NCBI GenBank assembly: GCA_905330235.1
Contig: CAJNUA010000025.1
Span: forward strand, 848,642-869,053
Source of the DNA: Rotaria sp.
Lineage: Eukaryota
Direction of reading: 5' to 3'
Length of the DNA: 20,412 nucleotides
Shown: positions 8,890 through 20,009 of the stretch, piece by piece
How positions within the stretch are numbered: position 1 is the stretch's first letter
Layout: each line of letters begins with the position of its first letter
Position numbers and translations under genes: made by a program
The notes under the pieces: model-generated
The model's database searches: none
What the model saw: the letters and a program-made list of their open reading frames with translations, nothing else
Told to the model about the DNA's origin: nothing

Positions 8890-9524
8890 GATGTATTATT
8901 AAAGAATTATTAATAATTGAAGAACATTATTGTTTACTCTAAAAGACATTAACAGATGATGATATAACAGTTTCGTTTGTGGTTATTGCTGACTGGATGA
9001 GTAGAACAAGGCACACATTATCCATGTCGCTAAGTAAATGTCCTCAATATTAATTGATTAAATTCTTTAATTATTCAATTGAATTTTATATTTTTCGCAT
9101 AAATTTTTCTTTTTTTCTTTTATTTTGTATACAAAAAAATTATTTTAAATAAATTTAATTGATATAGATGGCGTGATTATTTTAATCGATTTTTACTAGG
9201 CAATCGATTTTTTTACATTTTGCTGACCCTGGACATGACATATACCTATTTGCTTTTGCAATAACATGAAAGAAAAATAAATATATTGCATATACTCGAG
9301 TTGTTCTTACACCATCAACTGTCAATTCTGAATTTTTTCATCGTTATGAATAAGTAGGCTGACATTTGTTTGCCTTTCTTTCTTTTAGCTTGTGCAACGT
9401 TGTTTCTTTCTCAATCCGATGTTTTTTTTAGTCATTCTCATTTAAATACTCGGGTCGTTTTATTTCTTGTATGCATATTTTTTTTTAAACGCGTGATAGT
9501 ATCTTCAATAGTGAGCAAGAGAAA
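8890..9524. promoter_or_regulatory. Shared divergent (head-to-head) intergenic/promoter region between the CEP78 start (minus strand, 8889) and the TEP1 start (plus strand, 9525)
   Basis: 635 bp separates the two initiator ATGs, which lie on opposite strands. It contains AT-rich tracts and TATA-like strings such as tatacaaaaaaa near 9131. Transcription start sites cannot be placed from sequence alone. Confidence 0.4.
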
Positions 9525-10277
9525 ATGGCTGATCCAAAAAAGTCATCAACGGCATCCTCATTATTGTCTACAAAAAGTTCACTTTTGTCAACAAAAACTC
9601 CTACTCTTAGCAATAGTTCATTACTTCAAGGCTCGAGTCTTTTATCTTCATCACCATTAAATACAACAAGTTCACTTTTATCAGAAACAAGTACAAGCAA
9701 ACCATCGAGTTTTCTTTCATCATCAACTTTATTAAGTTCTTCACATAAGGCATCATCGTCATCAACTCTATTAAATACTTTATCTAAACCATTATCTTCA
9801 TCAATTCTATCAGGTACTCTTCCTCCTAAATCATCTGTATCAACTCTATTCAATACTACTCCTACATCATCATCATTTCTCTCCTCTACCAAATTATCTA
9901 CTAGCAATACATTGCTTTCATCATTCAATTTAAATAATTCATCTTTGTTAACAAGTGAAACAAGTTTAAGTCGAAAACGTAAAGCTGAACCCTTAGAATC
10001 AACAGTTATAAATCAATCATTAACTCAAGAAACTTTAAAGAAACCTACATTAATAACAACAAAAACAACTACACCTGTTTCACTTTCGGATGATAATGAA
10101 CACAAATATAATGCTGAAAATATTCAACCCGAATCAACTCGTCTTAATATTGATTTACATTGTCATGTTCCAGCACCGAAACGTCCTCGTATTGATCCAT
10201 TTTCTTCAATCTATGCAAAACTTGAAAGTCAAAATACAAACGATGATGATTTCAATGTTGGCATTAAATCGATTAAG
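9525..10277 (+). CDS. TEP1: TEP1 exon 1: Ser/Leu/Thr-rich low-complexity N-terminus with KRPR and RKRK NLS-like motifs
   Basis: A 251-codon open frame begins at an ATG in the context gagaaaATGg. The donor GT at 10278 follows an AAG codon, leaving phase 0. An upstream in-frame stop lies at 9486. Degenerate SSLLSTK repeats are present. Confidence 0.72.
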
Positions 10278-13200
10278 GTTTGATATTGATTGTTCTTTTT
10301 TTGGTTTAGAAAAAAAATTTATATCCATCATTTTTTTTATAGAAAAGCTTTTTGAATTCATTGGCAGATTCATTATTAAGTCAACCAGATCTAAGAAAAC
10401 CAACAGATTCAAAACGAAATGAACTTATTCGTCTTGCTAATCTTGTAATTGATCAAGATCCTGAATTTATTCTTAAGGTAAAACTAAAATAAAACCAGAG
10501 ATGTTATACTTATTAAAAATCATTTTTTTTTTAATTTTAGGCTGCTCTTTATACACGAAATCATTTAAATATTCGTATAACAGCAAATTTTCTACTTGCA
10601 TATGCTGCATATACCGAATCATGCCGTATATTTTTAAAAAAGTATTTTCAAGTAACTGTTAATTTACCATCAGATTGGATTGAAATAGCTGAACTTTATC
10701 AAACATTTTTTGATAAACGTATTCATTTTGGTTCATTACCATCTGCATTACGTCGTGTTATGGTCAAAAAATTTCCTGATTTTGATAAATATCAACTTGC
10801 AAAATATAATAAAGAAAAAGCTCGTTTGAAAAAAGCAAAGAAGGCTAATGCACCACAACCTGGTAAAACAACTGGTGCAACTCGAGGAAGAGGATATCAC
10901 TCTTCGCGAGGTAGTGCCCGAGGTTCTCGACCAATGCGCGGACGAGGAATGAGTCGAGCATCTTCGACCGATTCAAATATGAGTGTTACATCAGAAGGTC
11001 AAAAATTGGATAAAGCAACAAGAAAAGCAATGACACAAATTACTGAAGAAGAGCGTGAAACACGAAGAATGGCATTCACATTAAAACGATTAATTCGTCA
11101 ATTACATATTAGTGAACCAGTTGAACATGTTTGGTGTCTATTAGGTAAACGATATCCGGAAACATCTGAACTTTTCTATCAATCACGTTTACCTGGTGTA
11201 TTCGAATCAGAACGTGCAAATAAACGTATGAAATTACCAACACCAGAAACGTGAGTAAAATTATTTTTCTTTATTTTAATTTTTCATTTTATAAATATTT
11301 TTTTTTTAATAGATGGGAAACACAAATCAGTCTTAAAGGAAACAAAGCTGAAGTTTGGCAAAAGTTAATTGATAATAAGAAACTTCCATTTATGGCTATG
11401 TTAAGAAATTTACGAAATATGATTAAAGTTGGTATGTATTGAGAAAACTAATGGAATTTATTGAATATAATTTTCGTAGTTTTCTACAAATTAGAACCAA
11501 AAAAAAGAAAAGAAACAAATAATCTCTATTTTAATCTTTTATTTTTCAGGTATCTCTGAAAAACATCATCAATGGGTATTAAAAAAACTTCAAGATGATG
11601 GTGCAGTTATGTACAGTCGTCAATTTCCCTTTCGTTTCTTTTCTGCATATCAAATATTGGATGAACTTGAAGAAGAATTTAATAAATGGTGTGCAGCTAA
11701 AGAAACAATAGCTGGAGTACCAGATACAAAAAGTCGTCGAATAACACGAAAAGAAAAAGGCAAAAAGACTGCTTTAAGTCCATTAGAAAAAGCTAAAAAA
11801 CTTGGTTCAAAAGAAATACAATATGATCTTGCACTTTTACAACGTTATAGAAAAGCACTTGATTGTTCAGTTAAAATAGCTACACAACATAATTGTCAAC
11901 CAATACCTGGTCGAACATTTGTTTTTTGTAATTTAAGTCAAGCTATGTCTCAACCATGCCAAGCAGCTAGAGGTTTAGGTAAACCACGAACACGTGCTGA
12001 AATAGGTCTTTTAATGGGTTTAATGTGTAAATCAGCTTGTGAATCAAGTCAATTAATTATTTATAAAACAAAAGATAGTTTTACTGAAATTGAACAAACA
12101 CCACAAGAAACAATACTTAATCAAATGACAAAAATTTTATCGAATGATCAAATTCCAGCATCAACATCAGATGTTTGTATACCACCAACATTTCTTACAA
12201 ATATGATTGCTGAAAAACAATGGTTTGATAATATGTAAGTAATCAAAAATTAGAACAATGAAAATAAATTTAATTCTTCATTTTATTTTTATTTATTTTT
12301 TTTTAGTATTATTGTTTCTGATGGATTAAAAGCTGATACAGCTGAATCAGATTTTGTTTATCGATTTCTTTCACTTTATCGTTATTTAGTCAATCCTGAA
12401 CTTATGTTTGTTAGTATTGATTTAAGTATAGCTCAATGTTCACTAACAAAATCAGATCGATTCAATAATCGAAATGATATATTTTTAAGCGGTTTTTCTG
12501 ATTCAATTTTACAATTTATTGCTGAACGTGGTAATGATGGACAATTATTACATGTTGAAAATATTGATAATGCACACAATCTTAATAAAAAAGTTGAAAC
12601 AGAAAAAGATGAACAATCAACAACAGATTCATCAAAGGAAGAACAACCAAAATTGTCTACAAACTTACCAATGACTACATTAGTACCACGTTGGCGAACA
12701 GTACGTGTATTTATATCATCAACATTTAAAGATATGCATGCTGAACGTGATCTTCTCACACGTTATGTTTTTCCTGAATTACGTCAACGAGCAAAAAGTC
12801 TTTTTGTTAATCTTTATCAGACAGATCTTAGATGGGGTATTGCAGAAAGTCAATCAAGACAATCTGTCTTCTTATGTCTTAATGAAGTATATCGTAGTGA
12901 TTATTTTATTGGTTTAGTTGGTGAACGTTATGGTTATATACCAAAATCCTATGATGCACCAAAAGATGATCCACGATTTACATGGTTAAATAAATTACCA
13001 ATTGGTTATAGTATAACCGATTTAGAAATGCAAGCTGGTGCACTTAATTCATCATCAACAAAACAAAATCGAGCATTTTTTTATCTTCGTGATTCAAACT
13101 TTCTTTCAAATATTCCTAAACCATGGTCTAGTGATTTTATTTCTGAAGATGAAGATTCACAGACAAAAATAAATCATTTAAAACAACGTATATGTTCAAG

Positions 13201-16200
13201 TGGTTTTGAAACATATAATGGTTATCCATGTTCATGGCACGGTGTATCAAATGATCGACCACTTGTTACTAATCTTGAACAATTTGCACAACGTGTTATT
13301 GATAATCTATGGACATCATTACAAGAAGAATATAAACCTGAATATGTTCTCTTAGATGATAATGAAATAGAAGATAATCAACATCGACAATATCGTATTT
13401 CATTTATGGAACATTTTGTTAGTCGAAATAAAATTCTTCAAGATACAATTAAATCTCTTGGAAAATCATCTGTTATTCTTATTACAGGACAACAAGGTTC
13501 AGGTAAAACAGCAGTTATTGCAGCTATTGCTGATAATCTTTTATCGAAAGTCAATTTAAATGTTAAATTATATGAACATTATGTTGGTATTACACGTGCA
13601 TCATTAAATAGTCTTGCAATGCTTCGTCGTTTACTTTGTCAAATAATAAATGATCATACCGAATTAGAAAAACAATTTCCAATTGATAAAATTCGTACAA
13701 GTTCATATACAGATTTATGTAAAATTTTATCCGATATCTTTCATACAATAAAAGGTCTTTCAAATATTGTTATTTGTATTGATGGTATTGAATTACTTGA
13801 TAATGATACATTAGTTCAAACATTAAATTTTATACCAAAAGATTTTAATTTTGAAAAAATAACATTTATTATAAGTGCTACTGAAGATAGTGATGTTGAA
13901 CAAGCATGTAAAAAAATATCTAATTTATTAACAATAAATATATCAAATCTTGAATTACTTGAACGTAGTGAAATTGTTCGTAAACATCTTGATCGTTTTG
14001 GTAAAAAATTAGATGAACAAGCATTTTCATCACAAATGAAATTTATTACAAGTAAACGTGATTCATTTAAACCATCATATTTAACATTAATATGTGAAGA
14101 ATTATTATTAATGACAGATTATGAAAAGAAAATAACAGATAAATTAAAAGCTATTCCACAACGACAATATTTATTTTTACTTGAAATATTTAAACGATTA
14201 GATACATTATTTGGTGAAACATATGTTGCAACTGTATTTGGTTTAATTTATTCAGCACGACAAGATTTAAGTGAACAAGAATTACGTGATTTAATTAATA
14301 TATATTTTAGTACAACAAAAACTTTACCTCCACCAGAAAATTTTACTTATCCAATAACAACAACACCTTTACAATTAGCTGATTTCATTTACAATTGTCA
14401 TATTTTATTAAAACCTCAACTTTATGATGGACCACAAACAGTTTCAATAGCATCAAATGAAATTCGTCAAATAGTTAAAACACGATATATACATACAAAA
14501 GAACAACAAATTAATTTATATAAACTTCTTGCTTTCTATTATTGGTGTGAAGCAACTGGACCACATTGGACATCAATGAATATTAAAGCATTTGAACATT
14601 TACCATATTATTTATATGTTGCTGAAGAATATACATTATTTTCTTTAATATTAACTAATCTTAAATTTATTGCTGGTAAATGTCGTGTTGGTCTTGTTCA
14701 ATCAATAATTGATGATTATGAATTAATTAAATCTTCATCAATAATTTCAATTAAAACACAAACTTCTTCAATTACAAAAACAAAATTACAATCATCAATA
14801 AATACAAAAGATCAACAAATAAATGAAGTATTTCTTCAACAATATCGTTCATTTATACAACGAAATAGTCATATTCTAGCTGTTAATCCATCATTAATTT
14901 ATCAACAAGCATTAAATGAATTAGAAACTAGTGCTGTTTTTAATAATATACAACAAATAATTTCTAGTTATCAAAAAAATTCACTGAATAATAATGATCA
15001 AATAACAGCATTTGTTCGTATTAATAAACCAGATAATATGGAACAAATTAAATATTCAATTGAAGGTTTTATAGAACCTATTCGATGTTTAGCAATATCA
15101 CCATCAGGTAAGTCAATAATAAATAAACAAAATTCAAATTCAAAACAAAATTCGATCTGTTTTTTTCTTTTTAGGTGTTTATCTAGCTGCTGGTTCTGCT
15201 GATTGTTTAGTTCGTCTTTATAATACATCAACATCTCGTTTATTAAAATTATTTGTTGGTCATGCTGCACCAATATCTGCTTTATGTTTTGTTGGTAATG
15301 ATCGTTTAGTAAGTGGTAGTAATGACGGAGGTCTATCAGTTTGGGATGTATCAAATGGTCATCGTTTACATATTCTTTCACCAACACATGATAAACGAGT
15401 TTCTGAATTATGTTCAAATCAACGTGGTACACAATTTGCATCTGTTTCATGGGATTCATTTGTACGTATATGGGATATACAAAAAGGTCGAAAAGATACT
15501 GAAATTCGTTTACATCCTAAACCAGTATCAAGTGTTGCATTTCATCCTGATGGTTTTATGTTAGTAACTGGTTGTTGGGATGGTATTGTTCGACAATGGA
15601 ATGTAACAACTGGACAACGTAAATCAGTTATGCGTGGACATTTAAGTTCAATAAAAGCTGTTGCTTATTCAGCTGATGGTCGTTATATAGCATCATGTTC
15701 AATTGATGGTGAATGTCGTTTATGGAATTCTTTAACTGGTAGTCAAGTTGGTCTCATATCAGCTCGTATAAGTTCTATTTATTTTTCACCAAATGGATCA
15801 ACATTAGCATCAGCTGGTAATGATGGTCGTGTTCGAGTATTTTCATCAACAATAGGTCAATGTCAAATGATTATTAGTAATGAAACATGGGGTTCCGCAT
15901 CGAGTATTATGATTCATCCCGAAGGAGAATTTATTATAGCTGGATATCATTCAGGTTCTATAAGAGTATTTGATATACAAAATGGTACTACAGAACAAGA
16001 ATTTCATTATCATAAAGGTCGTATTCATCGTCTTGGATTTTCACCTTCATCGGGAAATATTTTAATATCAGCATCAGGTGATCATAGTTCTCGTTTATAT
16101 GATTTAAAAGATTTAGGTAAAAGAACTGATATGCGTATTCAAACAGCAGTATTGAAAGGTCATACAGCAGCTGTTCTATCATGTGCTATTAGTAAAATGA

Positions 16201-18227
16201 ATATGATTGCAACAGGATCGGAAGATGCAACAATATGTATTTATGTATTAGCAAAATATTTTGAACGCTCATCACATGAACCAAATGAAATTTTAACTGA
16301 ACATCGTACACCAATAACTGGCTTAACATTTAATAATGAAACAAATCAATTAATATCAGCTAGTCGTGATGGTCAAGTACATATATGGAATATAAATCGA
16401 TATTCATCAAACGCTGGTGTAACACTATCAAATACACTTGCTCATTGTCATGCTGATTGGATAAATGATATTGCTTTATCAAATACAAATAATGGTTTAC
16501 TTGTAACTGCATCAAATGATAATACATTAAAAATTTGGAATACAATACCAAAAACAACTAAAGAAAGTGATAATTCTATGGATGTTGTTTCAGCTAATGT
16601 TGAAGAAGCACGTGTAACACTTCGTGGTCATCAAGGATCTGTTAATACAGTTTGTTTTTCATATGGATGTATTGTTTCTGGTTCATTAGATAATACAATT
16701 CGAGTATGGTCTCATAAAGGCACTGAAATAACATGTTTACGTGGTCATACAGAAAAAATAACCTCATGTGATTTTTGGGTTAAATTAAAAGGTGTCGCTA
16801 TGAAAAACGAAACGGATTCAGATTCTAGATGGGCAAATATGATTGAAGAACAAGAAAAAGAACTTTCACGTACAACACATACAGTTGATACAATGCTTGT
16901 TGTTAGTGCATCAGAAGATGGTTCAGTACGTGTATGGCGTCCAACTGATCCTGAACAACGTTGTGTTTATGATGCACACGCACAACCATTAAATGATATT
17001 GTACTTAGTAATGAATCAATTGTAACATCATCACTTGATAAAACAATTCGTTCATGGGAAATTCCAACAAATATATTTATAAATAATGATTCAACAACAT
17101 CAGCAATGACACCTCAAGTTGTTCCACCTGTTAGTCATTTAGATGAAGTTACATCGATTAGTGTTTCTTGTGATAATTCACTTGTTTTTACTGTTTCACG
17201 TGATGCATATCTATTTATTTGGTCATTATTATCATCATCAAAAAATAATGATTATGAAATGGATACAGATACGGTAGAAAATAAAATGTCTAAACAACCA
17301 TTTCATATTATACAATCAATTAAAGCACATGATGAAACAATTCTTGGTATGGCTTTAGTTCGTTCGAATACTCAACAGCATATTCTTGTAACTGGTTCTG
17401 TTGATAAAAAGATTAAAATTTGGACAGTCATAAATAATTCAAATGAAGAAAAATGTTCAATAAAACGTTTAAGAACTGATACAACAGCAAATGGACCTGT
17501 TTCATTTGTTTCTGGTCAATATGATATGCCATATTTTGTTGTTGGTGAAAATCAATCTTTTGATTCACTTACATTCTATCTTTATTCATCAACTTCACTT
17601 GAACGTTTAAAAACATATAAAACACAAACATGTCAATGGCCATTATCATCATCAATAACAATAAATGAAAATAAACATTATATTTTAACAATTGGCTCAA
17701 CAAGTAATGAGCTATGTTCATATGATTTATCATTAATTGATACAACAGATAGTAAATTATATGCATCATATGCATCAAAAATAGAATATCGAACATCAAT
17801 ACCATCTGAATGGATCACATCAATAGAAAATCTTGATAATAATCAAGTATTTTACTTAGGTACAACAACAGGAAATATTTATTCAACATCAAATTTATTT
17901 AGTGATATAAAAACATGGAATAAAAATCAAATATCATCAAAACAACGATCAATTACAGCATTATGTTCAATGAATAATGAACTTATATTTACGGGTGGTT
18001 TTGATAATGTCATACGAGTACAACATAGAAATGATCATACAAAACATATGAGTACAAATAATGATGATAATGATGAACAAGAAGTTGACGATATTCTTGG
18101 ACAATATCCTGTACCGGCACCAATTACTCAAATGCGTACATGGAAGCAAACCAGTAATGGAATATTCGGTGTTGTAGCTGGTGATACATTAGGAAACCTA
18201 TATTTAGTACAATGGTATTCGTCTTAA
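9525..18227 (+). CDS. TEP1: TEP1-like gene (telomerase-associated protein 1, also a vault-particle component), complete coding span with 7 exons and about 2751 aa
   Basis: Exons are 9525-10277, 10343-10477, 10541-11250, 11313-11431, 11550-12234, 12307-15107 and 15175-18227. All six introns start with GT and end with AG; five of the six donors read GTAAAA, GTGAGT, GTATGT or GTAAGT (the first reads GTTTGA). The joined CDS is 8256 nt, which is divisible by 3. Motifs recalled from human TEP1 are present in the spliced protein: [64 protein letters not shown] and YSRQFPFRF (TROVE domain); [18 protein letters not shown]; GQQGSGKT with IVICIDG (NACHT Walker A and B); then many WD40 units of the [13 protein letters not shown] / [11 protein letters not shown] type. 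An in-frame TAA lies 39 nt upstream of the ATG at 9525. Confidence 0.88.
10343..10477 (+). CDS. TEP1: TEP1 exon 2 (start of TROVE region)
   Basis: The acceptor is ttttttttatAG at 10341-10342 and the donor is AAG|gtaaaa at 10478. It is phase 0 at both ends and encodes ...[18 protein letters not shown], matching human ...ALLEPEFILK. Confidence 0.85.
10541..11250 (+). CDS. TEP1: TEP1 exon 3 (TROVE)
   Basis: The acceptor is ttaattttAG at 10540 and the donor is AC|gtgagt at 11251, leaving phase 2. It encodes [12 protein letters not shown]...[13 protein letters not shown]...[10 protein letters not shown]...[19 protein letters not shown], which is collinear with human TEP1. Confidence 0.9.
11313..11431 (+). 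CDS. TEP1: TEP1 exon 4 (TROVE)
   Basis: The acceptor is tttttaatAG at 11312 and the donor is G|gtatgt at 11432, leaving phase 1. It encodes [39 protein letters not shown], matching human [24 protein letters not shown]. Confidence 0.88.
11550..12234 (+). CDS. TEP1: TEP1 exon 5 (TROVE)
   Basis: The acceptor is atttttcAG at 11549 and the donor is AT|gtaagt at 12235, leaving phase 2. It encodes [37 protein letters not shown]... Confidence 0.88.
12307..15107 (+). CDS. TEP1: TEP1 exon 6 (2.8 kb): end of TROVE, the DUF4062-like [18 protein letters not shown] block, the NACHT ATPase and the first WD40 repeats
   Basis: The acceptor is tttttttttAG at 12306 and the donor is G|gtaagt at 15108, leaving phase 1. 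The frame is uninterrupted across 933 codons. The junction rebuilds the classic WD motif ISPSG|[10 protein letters not shown]. Confidence 0.9.
13487..13510 (+). other. TEP1: NACHT P-loop (Walker A) GQQGSGKT within TEP1 exon 6
   Basis: ggacaacaaggttcaggtaaaaca encodes GQQGSGKT, matching GxxxxGK[ST]. A Walker-B-like IVICIDG lies about 90 codons downstream. The human TEP1 counterpart is TGQSGQGKT. Confidence 0.8.
15175..18227 (+). CDS. TEP1: TEP1 exon 7 (3.05 kb): WD40 repeat array and C-terminus, ending at TAA 18225-18227
   Basis: The acceptor is tttctttttAG at 15174. The frame is uninterrupted across about 1017 codons with recurring GH...WD, SxDxTxRxW and GSxDGxxRVW units. Confidence 0.9.
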
Positions 18228-18340
18228 CTGTGATCATATATCTCCTTGCATATTTTATTATTCTTTCTTATTTTTTAGTATGCTTAGAAAACTAATGACT
18301 CTTTATTACTATTGTATCATTCTAATATAATTTTATTTTT

Positions 18341-18346
18341 AATAAA
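18341..18346 (+). terminator. TEP1: AATAAA polyadenylation signal for TEP1
   Basis: AATAAA lies 114 nt after the TAA stop, within AT-rich 3' UTR. Confidence 0.5.
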
Positions 18347-20009
18347 AATGATACCCAAAAAAAAACCACATACACTTATGATCGAAATTGCGCACTATAC
18401 AGATAGAGATTTCCTTTGCGACCAGAAATCTGCCGCCGGCTCGATGGTTTTCGAGAAAACCTCAGAAAAGTCTCTTCCGCCACTATGCTAAATTAGCCTA
18501 GTTGGACTGAATCCATCAGGTTCATCAAGATTCAGACTGTTGAAGCTGTAGACACTCGAATTTGATACGAATCCATGCAATTCCACAATCTCCCTAAAAA
18601 AGAAGCTACTCCTGACGTTGTCGCTATGGCAGTACGACAGCGCCATCATGAATATCTGTGTATCCAGGATAGAAGTGAAAGTGAGTGAAATGGTAACGAA
18701 ATTATATTGATCGCCAAGATTATTCAACAGAAATAGATGTATCGTGAGTAAGGCGTCAACAAGAAAAGAAAAACGATTTATTTATGCAAAATGATGTTGT
18801 ACCAAAATTTACAGGTACATCAGAACATGTTTTCAGTCAATCAGACCCGGGTTCGAAAAAAAGAAGGCAATCAATAAATTCAGACATTTTGATGATTAGA
18901 AGCTTTCGAGATATGTAATGCTGTTTTTATTTGCTTTATGATTGCAACCAGTGGAAAAACGAAAGTTTGGATCGTTCGTTAGCTCAAAACAGAGCAGAAT
19001 TAAGTTGTCAAAATAGCGTGCCTTGCAATCCTCTAGTTCCGGAGAATGATTATATCATTTGTTTCAAAATGATAAGTCCCGTCGGTAAATTAAAGCTACT
19101 TATATATATTTGCAATGTCTGAAACGAAATATTGCTTTCTAAAGATTTTTATATCATTTAATACAGTTCGACTAGCTCTACGACAGCATGAATAACACAA
19201 CAATTTTGATCTTATTTCCAAAAACAAAATTTGGATGAAGTCAGAAAGATGAGCAAAAATTTCATATGTTCAGATCTACTATTCAATTTGTTTCGGTAGC
19301 TTGGAAAAGTTATTTTTAGCTTCAGTATGTGACAGTATATTTCGAAATATCAATTATCAGTCGATCAGCGAAAATTACTGGAAGTTAAGCACGCTGTCTC
19401 GTGCAACGCATGTGAAGTTTTTATTAATTTATTTTTTCTTGATTCCTTCATGTTTTGTATTGGGAACAACTGATAAATTTAAGATGTACAATGCTTAGTC
19501 ATGTTCAATAAAGGAACCATCAATTTTTATAATCTTGATGGGATTCGAACTATTGTCTTTTCAGATGATAGCTTTAATCTTTTTCTGTAACACTATGTGC
19601 TTCAGTCAGCTACCTACATATGAATTTGTATAAATAATGTCAATTTACCAAGAGGGGACAAAACTTTTGGCTCACCCTTTTGTATGACTCTCACTCATAG
19701 CTATCACCTGAACTTATAATTTGATTTCAAATATGTATCTGTACATTTCCCCTTGCTTTAAATTCTCATTTGTTATTTAAATATGATCACAAAATCATCT
19801 CATTTATCTAACATGTATAATGAATTTACATACCCTTTGTAATCTAAGCATATACAAATGTTGTTATCAGAAAAAGTAAACAAATAGCTTAATTCTACAT
19901 GTAATATTCTAAAAAATCTTTGTTACAAATCGACAAATGCAAAATAATTTTTGCGCAGTAAATAAAATTTTATGTTATTTCGATTTAATGTTGTTGTTTT
20001 TTCTTTTAA

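Noticed and set aside
9626-9928. A 100-aa Asp/Glu-rich minus-strand ORF
   Set aside because: It is the reverse-complement reading of the Ser-rich (TCA/TCT)n codons of TEP1 exon 1, so it is a low-complexity mirror artefact.
12433-12759. Minus-strand ORFs inside TEP1 exons (12433-12759, 14998-15459, 15988-16182, 16360-16557, 17569-17805, 17967-18149) and plus-strand out-of-frame ORFs (12705-12917, 15313-15564)
   Set aside because: They overlap a strongly supported, homology-verified long coding frame on the other strand or in another frame. They are Leu/Ile/His/Tyr-rich shadows typical of antisense AT-rich coding sequence.
18800-18930. The idea of a vault-RNA / pol III gene next to TEP1 (B-box-like GGTTCGA, T5 terminator)
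   Set aside because: There is no A-box (TRGCNNAGTGG) at the right spacing and the B-box lacks the NNCC tail. The similarity is too weak to list as a feature, and it is kept only as a low-priority check inside the GC-island finding.
19535-19560. tRNA-like T-loop strings: GGGATTCGAACT at about 19541 (rc AGTTCGAATCCCATC) and GGGTTCGAAAAA at 18846
   Set aside because: I could not pair a 5-bp T-stem or build an acceptor stem, D-arm or anticodon arm around either. They are most likely chance motifs or SINE/TE debris. No tRNA is called.
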